DNA of 64,000 bases, taken from contig CAVWAZ010000030.1 in NCBI GenBank assembly GCA_963752995.1, forward strand, positions 851,151 through 915,150. Reading direction: 5' to 3'. Source of the DNA: an uncultured delta proteobacterium (GTDB lineage: Bacteria > Desulfobacterota_D > UBA1144 > Nemesobacterales > UBA2774). The position numbers were made by a program, and so were the translations under genes. Every line of letters begins with the position of its first letter. Within the stretch, counting starts at the first letter, position 1. Positions 41,658 through 52,214 of this stretch are shown piece after piece. The notes under the pieces were generated by a model that was not told the DNA's origin, did no database searches, and saw only the letters and a list, made by a program, of their open reading frames with translations.

Positions 41658-43144
41658 TTCTCAGGGAAATAATTCGAGGAATAAAAATAAAAAAGTTCGA
41701 TGGAGACGACGGGTTAGAGATTTCAGGCATATCGATCGATTCGAATAAAGTAAAAGAGGGGTACTTGTTCGCCGCTCTCAAGGGAGAGAAGACGGACGGA
41801 CACAGGTACATTGAATCTGCGCTCGGGAACGGCGCAAAGGCTCTGCTGGTCGAGGATGCGCCTGAGAGGTCTTATCCCGGAATTTCCGTGGTCCGGGCAG
41901 GGGATTCGAGGGAATCGCTTGCAAAGGCTTCCGCCAATTTTTACGGCAATCCCTCAAAAGAGCTCTGCCTCGCGGGTGTTACCGGAACGAACGGAAAAAC
42001 GACGGTTACTTACCTTCTCGAATCCATATGGAAAGAGGAGCAGAGGAATCCGGGCGTCATAGGCACGATCGAATACAGGTACGGCGGTAAGAGGGTCGAG
42101 GCGCCGATGACAACCCCGGAATCTCTTGATCTTATGAAGATGCTGAGAGAAATGAGGGATTCGGGAGTCGACACTGCGGCGATGGAGGTTTCTTCACATG
42201 CCATCGACAGGAAGAGGGTGCAGGAGTGCCACTTCGACGCCGCTCTCTACACGAACCTGACGCAGGACCATCTCGATTATCACGGGACAATAGAGAATTA
42301 CTACAACGCCAAGAAGAGGCTCTTCACCGAGCTCCTCCGGGCGAGCGATAAGAAGGACAAATTTTCGATAATAAACATAGACGACCCTTATGGGATAGAG
42401 ATTGCAAAAGAGGCTCCCGGAACGGTCATCACATATTCACTAAGGGACAAGAGCGCCTCCGTCTTCGCCGAAAGCTTCAGGGTCTCCGAAGAAGGCATAA
42501 CCGCACGCGTCCACACCCCCTACGGGAAAATCGAGATAAAATCGCCCCTCTTCGGGGAGCACAACCTGTCGAATATACTGGCTGCCGTATCGGCGGCTCT
42601 CTCACTGGGTTCTTCCGCCGGGGCCGTGGAAAATGCCGTGGCGGGTTTCCGGACGGTGCCGGGGAGGCTCGAAAGGGTCGAGAATCCCCTGGGTTTTCAA
42701 ATACTGGTCGATTATGCGCATACCCCGGATGCGCTTAAGAACGTGCTTCTCGCGGTAAGGCCGCTGACCGGGGGCAAGGTCATACTGGTGTTCGGCTGCG
42801 GCGGGGACAGGGACAGGACGAAGAGGCCTAAAATGGGGGCCATCGGAAGCGAGCTTTCGGATATTCTGATAGTCACGTCCGACAACCCGAGGACCGAGCA
42901 GCCTGAAGCGATAATAGACGAAATCGAGCGCGGCGTCCTCGAATCAGGCGCCCCGGATAAACCCTATTTCAGGGTATCCGACAGGAAAGAGGCCATCAGA
43001 AAGGCCCTCGGCATGGCCCGGGAGAAGGATACGGTCCTCATAGCGGGCAAGGGGCACGAGGATTATCAGATCATAGGCACTGAGAAGTTCCCTTTCGACG
43101 ACAGGACGGCCGCGAGGGATATACTAAAGGAGAAGCTGAATTAG
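41654..43144 (+). CDS. murE: UDP-N-acetylmuramoyl-L-alanyl-D-glutamate--2,6-diaminopimelate ligase
   Basis: Mur ligase P-loop VTGTNGKTT; the DNPR motif (TSDNPRTE) indicates meso-DAP specificity. Confidence 0.9.
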   Translation: MILREIIRGIKIKKFDGDDGLEISGISIDSNKVKEGYLFAALKGEKTDGHRYIESALGNGAKALLVEDAPERSYPGISVVRAGDSRESLAKASANFYGNPSKELCLAGVTGTNGKTTVTYLLESIWKEEQRNPGVIGTIEYRYGGKRVEAPMTTPESLDLMKMLREMRDSGVDTAAMEVSSHAIDRKRVQECHFDAALYTNLTQDHLDYHGTIENYYNAKKRLFTELLRASDKKDKFSIINIDDPYGIEIAKEAPGTVITYSLRDKSASVFAESFRVSEEGITARVHTPYGKIEIKSPLFGEHNLSNILAAVSAALSLGSSAGAVENAVAGFRTVPGRLERVENPLGFQILVDYAHTPDALKNVLLAVRPLTGGKVILVFGCGGDRDRTKRPKMGAIGSELSDILIVTSDNPRTEQPEAIIDEIERGVLESGAPDKPYFRVSDRKEAIRKALGMAREKDTVLIAGKGHEDYQIIGTEKFPFDDRTAARDILKEKLN

Positions 43145-43159
43145 TTTTTCGATACGAAA

Positions 43160-44525
43160 ATGCTCGGATTGGATTTCGTTCTCAATTCAACCAAGGGGAA
43201 GCTCGTTTCAGGCCGGAAGCAAGGGGGCTTCTCGGGCGTCAGCACCGATTCGAGGAATATATCCGCCGGAGAAATATTCTTTGCCCTTAAAGGCGACAAT
43301 TACGACGGTCACGAGTATGTAAACGAGGCCTTAAAAAAAGGCGCGGGCGGCGCGGTGATTGAAGACGGCTCTCTCGCGCGGAACAACGGGAAATTATTAA
43401 TCCGGGTCCCTTCCACGCTCAAGGCGCTCGGCGACCTCGCTTCCGGGTGGAGAAAGAGCTTCCCGGAACTCGAAGCTCGCGGCCATAACGGGCTCAAACG
43501 GCAAGACCACTACGAAGGAGATGGCCTGGAGCATCGTCTCCCGGAGGTTCAAGACCCTCAGGAACACGGGGAACTTCAATAACCTCGTAGGGCTCCCCCT
43601 CACGCTCTTCAGGCTCGACGAGAGCTACAAGGCGGCCGTCGTGGAGCTCGGTATGAACGATTTCGGTGAAATAAAGAGGCTCGCCGAAATAGCCCTCCCC
43701 GATACGGGCGCAATTACAAATATAGGGAGAGCGCACCTGGAAAAGTTGGGCGGTATAGAAGGTGTTGCGAGGGCCAAGGGCGAGCTCGTCGAAGGGTTCA
43801 GCGGCGAGAGGGTATTCGTCGTGAACGCGGACGACCCGAGGATAGCCGAAATCGCGCGGAAAACCGAATGCAGGAAGATAACCTACGGCATAAAATCGGG
43901 AGAAGCCGACGTCACCGCCGGGAACATCAGGCAGGACGGTTTCTCGGGTATAAATTTTCGTATGACGGCTCAGGGCGAGGAATTCCCGGTCCGCATTAAA
44001 GGCATAGGGATGCACAACGTGATGAACGCCCTCTGCGCTTCAGGTATAGCGCTTTCCTTCGGGTGCGGAAAAGACGAGATAACCGAGGGCTTAGGCGGTT
44101 TCACTCTTCCCCATATGAGACTCGAGGTCGTGGAAAGCCCGGCCGGATTCAGGGTAATAAACGATGCGTATAACGCGAACCCCGACTCCATGCGGAGCGC
44201 GGTGAACGAGCTTATGGGTTTGAGAGGCAAGGGCAGGGCCATTGCCGTCCTCGGCGATATGCTCGAGCTCGGGGAAAAGAGCGCGGCCGAGCACTTCGGT
44301 CTCGGGGAGTATCTATCGGCATCAGGCGTGGACTACATAATCGCCTTCGGGAATTTCGGGCGGGCCGTGCTCGAAGGGGCCGGCAGTAAGACGCACGGTT
44401 TCTATGCGGGGTCGCACGAAGAGGCTGCCGGGACGGTAAAGGAAATCGCGAGACCCGGCGACCTGGTGCTCGTCAAGGGCTCCCGCGGGATGAGGATGGA
44501 AGAGGTCACAAAGAGGCTCGTATAA
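43160..44525 (+). CDS. murF: UDP-N-acetylmuramoyl-tripeptide--D-alanyl-D-alanine ligase, one gene with a frame change near 43470
   Basis: ORF 43160..43582 is the N-terminal domain. The P-loop LAAITGSNGKTTTKEMAW is encoded in the frame of ORF 43521..44525, which holds the rest of the gene. Confidence 0.85.
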
Positions 44526-44536
44526 GGAGTATATAA

Positions 44537-45646
44537 ATGTTTTACCTTCTTTATCTGATGAAGGACGACTTCATTCTTTTCAATGTATTCAGGTACATCA
44601 CGTTCCGCTCGTTCGGCGCGGGCGTAACGGCGTTTCTCATAAGCATTATACTGGGCGGGGCGTTTATCAAATTCCTCAGGAAAAGGCAGTTCAGTGAGAA
44701 TGTAAGGGACGACGGTCCGGCTTCGCACAAGACCAAGGCCGGGACCCCGACCATGGGCGGGGCGTTTATAATACTTGCGATACTCTTTTCTTCGCTTTTA
44801 TGGCTCAACCTCACGAGCGAAATAGTATGGGTCGTGCTTCTCTTCACGCTCAGCTACGCGCTTATCGGGTTTCTCGACGACTGGCTCAAATATTCGAGAA
44901 AGAAGGGGATGAAGGCAAGGCTGAAGTTCTCACTCCAGATCCTTTTCGGGGTACTCTTCGTGCTCCTGATAATGAGCGACCTCGACGGTTTTACGATGTC
45001 GCTCAGCGCGAACCAGGTAGCCGATTACTCCTTTACTTCGGTCGTATTCCCGTTTTTCAAAAAAGCCGTGATAAACCTCGGCTGGCTCTATATACCTTTC
45101 GCGTTAATTGTAGTCGTTGGCGCTTCAAACGGGGTGAACCTTACGGACGGTCTCGACGGTCTCGCGATCGGCTCCATAGCCGTGGCGGCTGCGACCTATA
45201 TAATCTTCGCCTATCTTTCGGGCCATGCCGAGTTCTCGAGATACCTCCAGATACCCTATATCCCGGAGGGCGGAGAGCTCGCGGTCTATCTTGCAGCCGT
45301 GGGCGGGGCCTGTCTCGGTTTCCTCTGGTACAACTCTCACCCGGCGGAGGTCTTCATGGGGGATGTCGGCTCGCTGTCGCTCGGCGCCGCGATCGGCTCC
45401 GTAGCGCTGATACTGAAGCAGGAGATACTGTTGATCATCGTGGGCGGGATCTTCGTCGCCGAGGCGATGTCCGTCATCATACAGGTGGCGTCGTTCAAGC
45501 TCACGGGGAAGAGGGTCTTCAAGATGGCCCCCCTCCACCATCATTTCGAGCTCTCCGGCTGGTCGGAGTCCAAAGTGGTTATAAGGTTCTGGATAATATC
45601 GCTCGTTCTTTCTCTGTTCGCCCTCTCGACGCTGAAGCTCAGATAA
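44537..45646 (+). CDS. mraY: Phospho-N-acetylmuramoyl-pentapeptide-transferase
   Basis: Ten-TM protein with KAGTPTMGG, NLTDGLDGLA and FMGDVGSL motifs. Confidence 0.9.
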   Translation: MFYLLYLMKDDFILFNVFRYITFRSFGAGVTAFLISIILGGAFIKFLRKRQFSENVRDDGPASHKTKAGTPTMGGAFIILAILFSSLLWLNLTSEIVWVVLLFTLSYALIGFLDDWLKYSRKKGMKARLKFSLQILFGVLFVLLIMSDLDGFTMSLSANQVADYSFTSVVFPFFKKAVINLGWLYIPFALIVVVGASNGVNLTDGLDGLAIGSIAVAAATYIIFAYLSGHAEFSRYLQIPYIPEGGELAVYLAAVGGACLGFLWYNSHPAEVFMGDVGSLSLGAAIGSVALILKQEILLIIVGGIFVAEAMSVIIQVASFKLTGKRVFKMAPLHHHFELSGWSESKVVIRFWIISLVLSLFALSTLKLR

Positions 45647-45699
45647 AATGCGGCGAACGGTTTATTTTATGAGCGTTAAAGGCGGTGCAATAAATTCTG

Positions 45700-47049
45700 A
45701 TGGAGTTAGGTGACAGGAAAATGCTCGTTGTGGGAGTCGGCAAGACAGGCATCGAGACCGTTAAATTCTTGCTCAGAAGAGGGGCGCGCGTGTCCGTGAG
45801 CGACAGCTCTCCCGTGGAGAAGATAGCGGAGCAGGCAGGGATGCTCGAATCCTGGGGAGTGAAGCTCGAGACGGGCGGGCATACGAGAGAGACTTTCCTC
45901 GCGGCCGATACGATAGTATTGAGCCCGGGCGTCCCGTTCGGCATAGCCCCCGTCCGGGAGGCGATTGAGAACGGAGTCGAAGTGATAAGCGAGGTCGAGC
46001 TCGCGTCGAGGTTCATAAATAAGGATAAGCCCGTGATCGCCGTTACAGGCTCGAACGGCAAAACGACCACATCGACCCTCATCGCCCGCATACTCGAGAA
46101 GAACGGCAGGAAGGTGTTCCTGGGGGCCAACATCGGGACGCCGCTCATTCAAATCGCCGACGACTGCGACCGCTACGATATACTCGTCCTCGAGCTCAGC
46201 AGCTTTCAGCTCCAGGGCATAGAAACGTTCCGTCCCGACGTATCCGTCATACTTAACGTCACGCCTAACCACCTGGACCACCACTCGAGCTTCGACGAGT
46301 ACGCGGAGTCCAAGATGAAGATTTTTTCAAACCAGACCGAGCGGGACTGGTGCATATACAAAGCCGATGACGAAGTGATAGGGAAATACGTCCCCCGCAT
46401 CAGGCCTAAGAAGATTCCGTTCGGCTCAGGCCCGGACGGGGACGGTATCTCCTACGACGGGCGGGGGATAAAGTACGGAAACGATTACTACGGGCTCAAA
46501 GGAGTGAAGCTCCCGGGCTACCACAACGTCGAGAACATAATGGCCGCGATCGCGGCCTCGACCGTGATGGGGTGCGACCCTCGTCTCATACACGAGGCCG
46601 TGATCGGGTTCGATCCTCTTCCGCACAGGATCGAGTACATAGGGGAGATAAAGGGTGCAAAGTTTTATAACGATTCGAAATCGACGAGTCCCGACGCCGC
46701 GCTCCGCGCTCTGGAGAGCCTGCCTCCCCCGATAATCCTCATAGCCGGGGGGAAGGACAAGGGCGTCGGCTTCGAGCCGCTCAGGGGGACGATAGAAAGT
46801 AAAGTCAAGCTAATGGTGCTGATGGGCGAATCAAGATTCAGAATGGAGAGGGATTTGGGCGGGAAGGTAGGTACCCTGCTCGCCCGGTCCCTGGAAGAAG
46901 CTGTAGAGAAGACACTCGAGAACCTCGCTCCCGGGGATAAAGTCCTCTTCTCACCCGCATGCTCGAGTTTCGATATGTTCCGGTCGTACGAAGAACGAGG
47001 AAGGAGATATAAAGAACTTGTTAGAAATATTCAGCTCATCCAAAGCTAA
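45700..47049 (+). CDS. murD: UDP-N-acetylmuramoylalanine--D-glutamate ligase
   Basis: N-terminal Rossmann VGVGKTG; P-loop VTGSNGKTTT; canonical dcw position. Confidence 0.9.
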   Translation: MELGDRKMLVVGVGKTGIETVKFLLRRGARVSVSDSSPVEKIAEQAGMLESWGVKLETGGHTRETFLAADTIVLSPGVPFGIAPVREAIENGVEVISEVELASRFINKDKPVIAVTGSNGKTTTSTLIARILEKNGRKVFLGANIGTPLIQIADDCDRYDILVLELSSFQLQGIETFRPDVSVILNVTPNHLDHHSSFDEYAESKMKIFSNQTERDWCIYKADDEVIGKYVPRIRPKKIPFGSGPDGDGISYDGRGIKYGNDYYGLKGVKLPGYHNVENIMAAIAASTVMGCDPRLIHEAVIGFDPLPHRIEYIGEIKGAKFYNDSKSTSPDAALRALESLPPPIILIAGGKDKGVGFEPLRGTIESKVKLMVLMGESRFRMERDLGGKVGTLLARSLEEAVEKTLENLAPGDKVLFSPACSSFDMFRSYEERGRRYKELVRNIQLIQS

Positions 47050-48133
47050 GGCCTATGATATAGGCGTTATCGTCTCGGCCGTTTTCCTGACGGCTGTAGG
47101 CGTGTTGATGGTCTACAGCACGAGCTCCATATATTCCCTCGAGATGTACGGGAACGCCAATTACTTCCTCATACGCCACGCCATATACCTGGCGATCGGC
47201 CTCGCGTCGATGATAGTGCTCATGAGGATCGATTACAGGCTCCTGAGAAAATTCGTATATCCGGCCTACCTGCTCGGCCTCGTTATGCTCATAGCGGTGC
47301 TCGTCCCCGGCATAGGCAAGCAAGTGGGCGGCGCCAGGAGGTGGATCGACCTCGGTCTGCTCACCTTCCAGCCGTCCGAGTTCGCAAAATACATACTCGT
47401 CCTCTACCTGGCTCATTCGCTCACGAAAAAAAGGGACAAGCTCGATAACTTCATCGTCGGCTTCGCTTCCCATATATTGATAGCGGGCGTTTTCGTGATA
47501 CTCGTTTTACTCGAGCCCGATTTCGGCACCGCGACGATCATGCTCGTCACCCTTTTCTGTATGCTGTTCATAGGCGAGGTCAAGATGAAATACCTCCTGC
47601 CTGTGGGTATCGTTTCTGTCATATTCCTCTGCCTGGCGATTATTACGAAGGGCTACAGGATGAACCGCGTAATGTCTTTCCTCGATCCCTGGCAGGACCC
47701 CCTCGGTTCGGGCTACCAGGCCATTCAGTCGTTCATAGCTTTCGCCTTGGGGGGGGTCTCGGGCACGGGGCTCGGCGACAGCTCCCAGAAGCTCTTCTTC
47801 CTGCCCCAGGCGCACACGGACTTCATATTCTCCATAATAGGCGAGGAGCTCGGGTTTATCGGAATTGTGCTCGTGCTTGTTGGGTTTGGCGTCCTCCTTG
47901 TGAGGAGCCTCAAGGTCTCGCTCAGGGCCCCTGATCTCTTCGGCTGCTATCTCGTTTTCGGATGCGTCATACTCATCGCTCTACAGGCCGGGATCAACAT
48001 GGCCGTAGCGGTGGGCCTGTTCCCGACCAAGGGGCTCACGCTCCCCTTCATCAGCTACGGGGGCACCTCTCTGATTGCGACTCTCTCCGCGGTAGGTGTG
48101 ATCCTGAACGTCTCGAGATCAGGTTTAAAATGA
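47018..48133 (+). CDS. ftsW: Peptidoglycan glycosyltransferase FtsW (SEDS family)
   Basis: Ten-TM SEDS protein with conserved ...QPSEFAKY...LPQAHTDFIFS...LPFISYGG. Confidence 0.9.
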   Translation: MLEIFSSSKAKAYDIGVIVSAVFLTAVGVLMVYSTSSIYSLEMYGNANYFLIRHAIYLAIGLASMIVLMRIDYRLLRKFVYPAYLLGLVMLIAVLVPGIGKQVGGARRWIDLGLLTFQPSEFAKYILVLYLAHSLTKKRDKLDNFIVGFASHILIAGVFVILVLLEPDFGTATIMLVTLFCMLFIGEVKMKYLLPVGIVSVIFLCLAIITKGYRMNRVMSFLDPWQDPLGSGYQAIQSFIAFALGGVSGTGLGDSSQKLFFLPQAHTDFIFSIIGEELGFIGIVLVLVGFGVLLVRSLKVSLRAPDLFGCYLVFGCVILIALQAGINMAVAVGLFPTKGLTLPFISYGGTSLIATLSAVGVILNVSRSGLK

Positions 48134-49200
48134 AGGTCATCATCGCCGGGGGGGGAACCGGGGGGCACATATTCCCGGCAATCTCGGTTGCCGAAGAAAT
48201 ATTAAAGCGAAGCGCGGCGAACGAAGTCCTCTTCGCGGGTACGAAAAAAGGGCTGGAAAACGAATTGCTCTCAAAAAAGGGATACAGAGTCGAACATATA
48301 AGCGCTCAGGGGATAAAGGGCAAGGGCGTCAAAAAAAGCATGTCTGCGCTCTTGTCCGCCTGTAAGGGGGTCTCCGATTCGATGGCCCTTATAAAAAGGT
48401 TCCGCCCCGATGTCGTTTTGGGCGTCGGTGGATACGTTTCGGGCCCCATGGTGCTCGCGGCGGCTCTCAGGGGCGTACCGACGGCGATCTGCGAGCAGAA
48501 CAGTTATCCCGGCCTGACTAACCGCATCCTCGGAAGGTTCGTAAAGAAGGTGTTCGCGACATTCGAGGAGAGCGTGAGGTTTTTCCCCCGCGGAAAGGTC
48601 GTAATAACCGGAAACCCCGTGCGGAGCGATATCCTGAACGCCATGAATCCGAAAGAGGGCTCCGATTCGATGACGATCCTCGTATTCGGCGGGAGCCAGG
48701 GCGCACATAAGCTGAACGAGTCGGTCCCGGAGGCGCTTTCGAAGCTCGGGAGGGCTGATATCAGGGTCATACATCAGACGGGCGACAAGGATTACGAGCC
48801 CGTTAAAAATGCCTACGCAGGGCACCGTATCGAAGCCCGGGTGCTCAGGTTCATAGACGATATGGCCGGAGCCTACGGGGAGGCCGACTTCATAATCGGA
48901 AGGTCGGGCGCGGGGACGGTCGCCGAGATTACGGCGCTCGGTAAACCCTCTCTCCTCGTCCCCTACCCGTTTGCAGCCAACAACCATCAGCTCGAGAACG
49001 CAAGGGTGCTTGAGCGCGCGGGGGCCGCGGTGATCGTCGAGGACAGGGACGCAGGCCCCGGGAATCTCTATTCGGCATTGACCAAACTGCTCCGGAAGGA
49101 CAAACTAACTACGATGGCGTCTAATGCGCGGAGCCTCGGCAAGCCCGACGCCGCGGCTGTCATAGTAAATGAAATTTCGAGACTTGCCGGAGAGAATTAG
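48130..49200 (+). CDS. murG: UDP-GlcNAc:undecaprenyl-PP-MurNAc-pentapeptide GlcNAc transferase
   Basis: MKVIIAGGGTGGHIFPAISVAEE start with an ATGA overlap of the ftsW stop; C-terminal GGSQGA and ...GAGTVAE motifs. The track's upstream extension (47962) is an Arg-rich out-of-frame artefact. Confidence 0.9.
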   Translation: MKVIIAGGGTGGHIFPAISVAEEILKRSAANEVLFAGTKKGLENELLSKKGYRVEHISAQGIKGKGVKKSMSALLSACKGVSDSMALIKRFRPDVVLGVGGYVSGPMVLAAALRGVPTAICEQNSYPGLTNRILGRFVKKVFATFEESVRFFPRGKVVITGNPVRSDILNAMNPKEGSDSMTILVFGGSQGAHKLNESVPEALSKLGRADIRVIHQTGDKDYEPVKNAYAGHRIEARVLRFIDDMAGAYGEADFIIGRSGAGTVAEITALGKPSLLVPYPFAANNHQLENARVLERAGAAVIVEDRDAGPGNLYSALTKLLRKDKLTTMASNARSLGKPDAAAVIVNEISRLAGEN

Positions 49201-50567
49201 TGTACGGAAAAATCAAGAGGATACATTTCGTAGGGATAGGCGGGATAGGGATGAGCGGTATAGCGGAGGTCCTGCTGAATATGGGTTATACGGTTTCGGG
49301 CTCGGACTTAAAAGAGTCGGAGACGGTTAAGAGGCTTAGGGACCTGGGGGCTGCAATTTCCATAGGACACAGCGGGGAAAACGTCCACGGCTCCGGTGTG
49401 ATCGTCATATCGTCCGCGGTGAACGAAAGGAACCCGGAGGTCGTGGAGGCGAGGAAGCACAACATCCCCGTTATCCCGCGCGCCCAGATGCTCGCCGAGC
49501 TCATGAGGTTGAGATACGGCATAGCAGTCGCCGGAAGCCACGGTAAAACGACCACCACTTCTATGATTGCGAGCGTGCTGTCGCACGGGGGCTTCGACCC
49601 GACTATTGTCGTCGGGGGCAAGGTCAAATCTCTCGGAACGAACGCCCGGCTCGGCAAGGGCAGCTTCATGGTGGTTGAGGCCGACGAGTCGGACGGCTCT
49701 TTTCTCCTTCTCTCCCCCGTTATTTCGGTCCTGACCAACATCGACGAGGAGCATCTCGATCATTACAAGGGCCTCCGGGAGCTCGAGGAGGCGTTCGCAA
49801 GCTTCGCCTCTAAGATTCCCTTTTACGGCCTTTCGGTCTTCTGCGCCGACTGTCCGAGGGTAAGGGAAATAGCTAAAAACTTTGAAAAAAGATCGGTCAC
49901 ATACGGATTTCACCCTGAAGCTGAATTGAGGGCCGAGGAAGTCGGCATATCAGGGTTCAATACCGAATTCCTGGCCGTGCTCAACGGTTCCCCGCTCGGC
50001 AAGATCGGCTTGAATGTCCCGGGCAGGCATAACGCAGAGAACGCCCTGGCCGCGGTCGCCGTCGGACTTGAGCTCGGGATGAGCTTCGGGGACATCAGGG
50101 ACGGTCTCGGCGAGTTCAGGGGCATCGACAGGAGGCTTCAGATAAAGGGCAGGGGCAGGGACGTGCTCGTGCTCGACGATTACGCCCATCATCCGAACGA
50201 GATAAGGGCGACCATAAATGCGGTCAGGGATTCGGGGCTCGGCAGGATAGTCGCGATATTCCAGCCCCACCGTTATTCGAGGACGAAGCTCCTTTTCGAC
50301 GATTTCGCGAACGTGCTCCACGACATAGACGTGCTCTTCCTGATGGATATCTACCCCGCGGGGGAGGACCCGATAGAAGGGGTCACGTCAAAATCGCTCT
50401 ACCAGTCCGTAAAGGAGAAGGGCCACAGGAACGTGTTCTATTCGAACGGGAGCGATAACCTCGTATCCTCCGTGCTTAACACGGTCAGGCCCGGCGACGT
50501 CGTAATCACCCTCGGGGCGGGCAACGTATGGGCGGTGGGCGAAAAGATAGCGGAGGAGATCGCATGA
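49200..50567 (+). CDS. murC: UDP-N-acetylmuramate--L-alanine ligase
   Basis: IHFVGIGGIGMSGIA and VAGSHGKTTTTSM motifs; GTG start overlapping the murG stop. Confidence 0.9.
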   Translation: MYGKIKRIHFVGIGGIGMSGIAEVLLNMGYTVSGSDLKESETVKRLRDLGAAISIGHSGENVHGSGVIVISSAVNERNPEVVEARKHNIPVIPRAQMLAELMRLRYGIAVAGSHGKTTTTSMIASVLSHGGFDPTIVVGGKVKSLGTNARLGKGSFMVVEADESDGSFLLLSPVISVLTNIDEEHLDHYKGLRELEEAFASFASKIPFYGLSVFCADCPRVREIAKNFEKRSVTYGFHPEAELRAEEVGISGFNTEFLAVLNGSPLGKIGLNVPGRHNAENALAAVAVGLELGMSFGDIRDGLGEFRGIDRRLQIKGRGRDVLVLDDYAHHPNEIRATINAVRDSGLGRIVAIFQPHRYSRTKLLFDDFANVLHDIDVLFLMDIYPAGEDPIEGVTSKSLYQSVKEKGHRNVFYSNGSDNLVSSVLNTVRPGDVVITLGAGNVWAVGEKIAEEIA

Positions 50568-51469
50568 GCCTCTTGCATGAGATTGGGCTTATAGGCTCTG
50601 AAATCGACCAGATGTACCCCATGAGCAAGTACACCTCATTACGTGTAGGCGGTCTCGCGGATATCCTGGTTACTCCGAATAACCTCGAAGAATTCAAAAA
50701 GCTCCTCGATCTGCTCACCCGGTCAGGCGAGCCCTGGGTTGTGCTCGGGGCGGGCTCCAACACGGTCGTTTACGATACCGGTATCGAAGGGGTAGTCGTC
50801 TCGACGAGGAAGCTGAAAAAAATAGAAATTACCGACGAAGACAAAGTATATGCGGAAACAGGCGCCGTCCTCGGTACGATACTCAACAAGACGATTAAAG
50901 CGGGGCTCACCGGTTTCGAGTTCGCGGCCGGGATCCCGGGGACCGTCGGGGGCGGGATCTTCATGAACGCGGGCGCTAACGGCGGCGAGATAAAAGACGT
51001 GCTCGAGACGGTATGGGTCTGGCTCGGCGGCGAGGAAATCGCGATCGACAGAAAAGACTTGAAATTCGAGTACCGTAAGAGCTACCTCCCCGAGGGGAGC
51101 GTAATCACGAGGGCGAGCTTCGGATTAAAGCAGGGCAGCCCGCAGGAGATCGAGCGGAGCGTTAAGGAATACATGGATAAAAGGAACCGCACCCAGCCCA
51201 TAAAAATGTCTAACACGGGCTCTATATTCAAGAACCCGCCGGAAATTCCCGCCGGAAAGCTCCTCGACGAGCTCGGCTTCAAGGGCCTCTCCATCGGGGG
51301 CGCAAAGTTCTCCGAAATGCATGCCAATTTCATCGTCAACGCCGGGTGCGCCAGCGCGAGCGACGTGCTCGGGCTCATCGAAAAGGCGAAAAAGGAAGCG
51401 CTCGACAAGAGGGGGATAACCCTCGAAACAGAGGTCAGGGTAATAGGGAAGGATAAAGTTGGAAGATAA
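50564..51469 (+). CDS. murB: UDP-N-acetylenolpyruvoylglucosamine reductase
   Basis: FAD-binding PCMH domain (SLRVGGLADILVTP...LGAGSN) and C-terminal SGS.FKNP. The ATG at 50564 overlaps the murC stop (ATGA). Confidence 0.9.
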   Translation: MSLLHEIGLIGSEIDQMYPMSKYTSLRVGGLADILVTPNNLEEFKKLLDLLTRSGEPWVVLGAGSNTVVYDTGIEGVVVSTRKLKKIEITDEDKVYAETGAVLGTILNKTIKAGLTGFEFAAGIPGTVGGGIFMNAGANGGEIKDVLETVWVWLGGEEIAIDRKDLKFEYRKSYLPEGSVITRASFGLKQGSPQEIERSVKEYMDKRNRTQPIKMSNTGSIFKNPPEIPAGKLLDELGFKGLSIGGAKFSEMHANFIVNAGCASASDVLGLIEKAKKEALDKRGITLETEVRVIGKDKVGR

Positions 51470-52214
51470 CAAAAAGTTCCCATACCGTAAAGCGATACTG
51501 ATCTTCTCGGCCCTGTTCGTGGTAGCCGTTCTTGCGGTTTCTTCTTACGTGACGCTTCACCTCGGGATGTTCACCGTGGAAGAGGTGGATATAAAAGGCA
51601 ACAAGAGAATAGTCGGCAGGGAAATTCTCAAGAGGTCGGGATTGAGAGAAGGCGAAAGCAGCATATTCTTTTTCGAGAAGCAGGTCGAGGACGAGATTAA
51701 GAAAAATCCCTGGATAAAAAAAGTCTCTGTCCAAAAAGAGTTTCCCAAGAAGGTCACCGTAACGGTCGAGGAAGAGGACGTTTACTGCATCATGCTTTCC
51801 GAGAGCGGAAAGCCCCTCTATATGAGCAGGACCGGCAGGATGCTCGGCACCGGAAATTTTGATCTGGGGCTTGATTTTCCGGTTCTGATAGGCGATGGTA
51901 TAAGGGACCCGAAGCTTTTGGAAGAGGCCCTCGAGATCTTGGAGTTATCTAAAAACAGCGCCGTGCTGAAATGGGACGATATTTCAGAGGTCCAGCTGAG
52001 TTCGGTATACGGAATCACCGTATTCACGAACGATAACCGCCGCATTGAATTCGACAGAAACGACATAGTTGTAAAGTGGGACAAGGTGGAAAGGATTATT
52101 AAATATTCGAACTCCCTCGGCCTGGAGGAATCCTACATCAACGTATCCTCGGGCAGCATGGGAATCGTGGATTTCAAAGGGCCTGCGGCGAAAGCGGGAG
52201 CACAGGATGGGTAA
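51459..52214 (+). CDS. ftsQ: Cell division protein FtsQ (POTRA domain)
   Basis: Single N-terminal TM helix followed by POTRA (VEEVDIKGNKRI...EILKRSGL); canonical position before ftsA. Confidence 0.8.
   Translation: MEDNKKFPYRKAILIFSALFVVAVLAVSSYVTLHLGMFTVEEVDIKGNKRIVGREILKRSGLREGESSIFFFEKQVEDEIKKNPWIKKVSVQKEFPKKVTVTVEEEDVYCIMLSESGKPLYMSRTGRMLGTGNFDLGLDFPVLIGDGIRDPKLLEEALEILELSKNSAVLKWDDISEVQLSSVYGITVFTNDNRRIEFDRNDIVVKWDKVERIIKYSNSLGLEESYINVSSGSMGIVDFKGPAAKAGAQDG

Noticed and set aside
44800-45672. 290 aa + ORF
   Set aside because: Alternative frame within mraY; Arg-rich.
47962-48129. 56 codon N-terminal extension of murG in the ORF track
   Set aside because: It overlaps the ftsW 3' end in another frame with junk composition. 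The conserved MurG start MKVIIAGGGTGGH begins at 48130 with an ATGA overlap.
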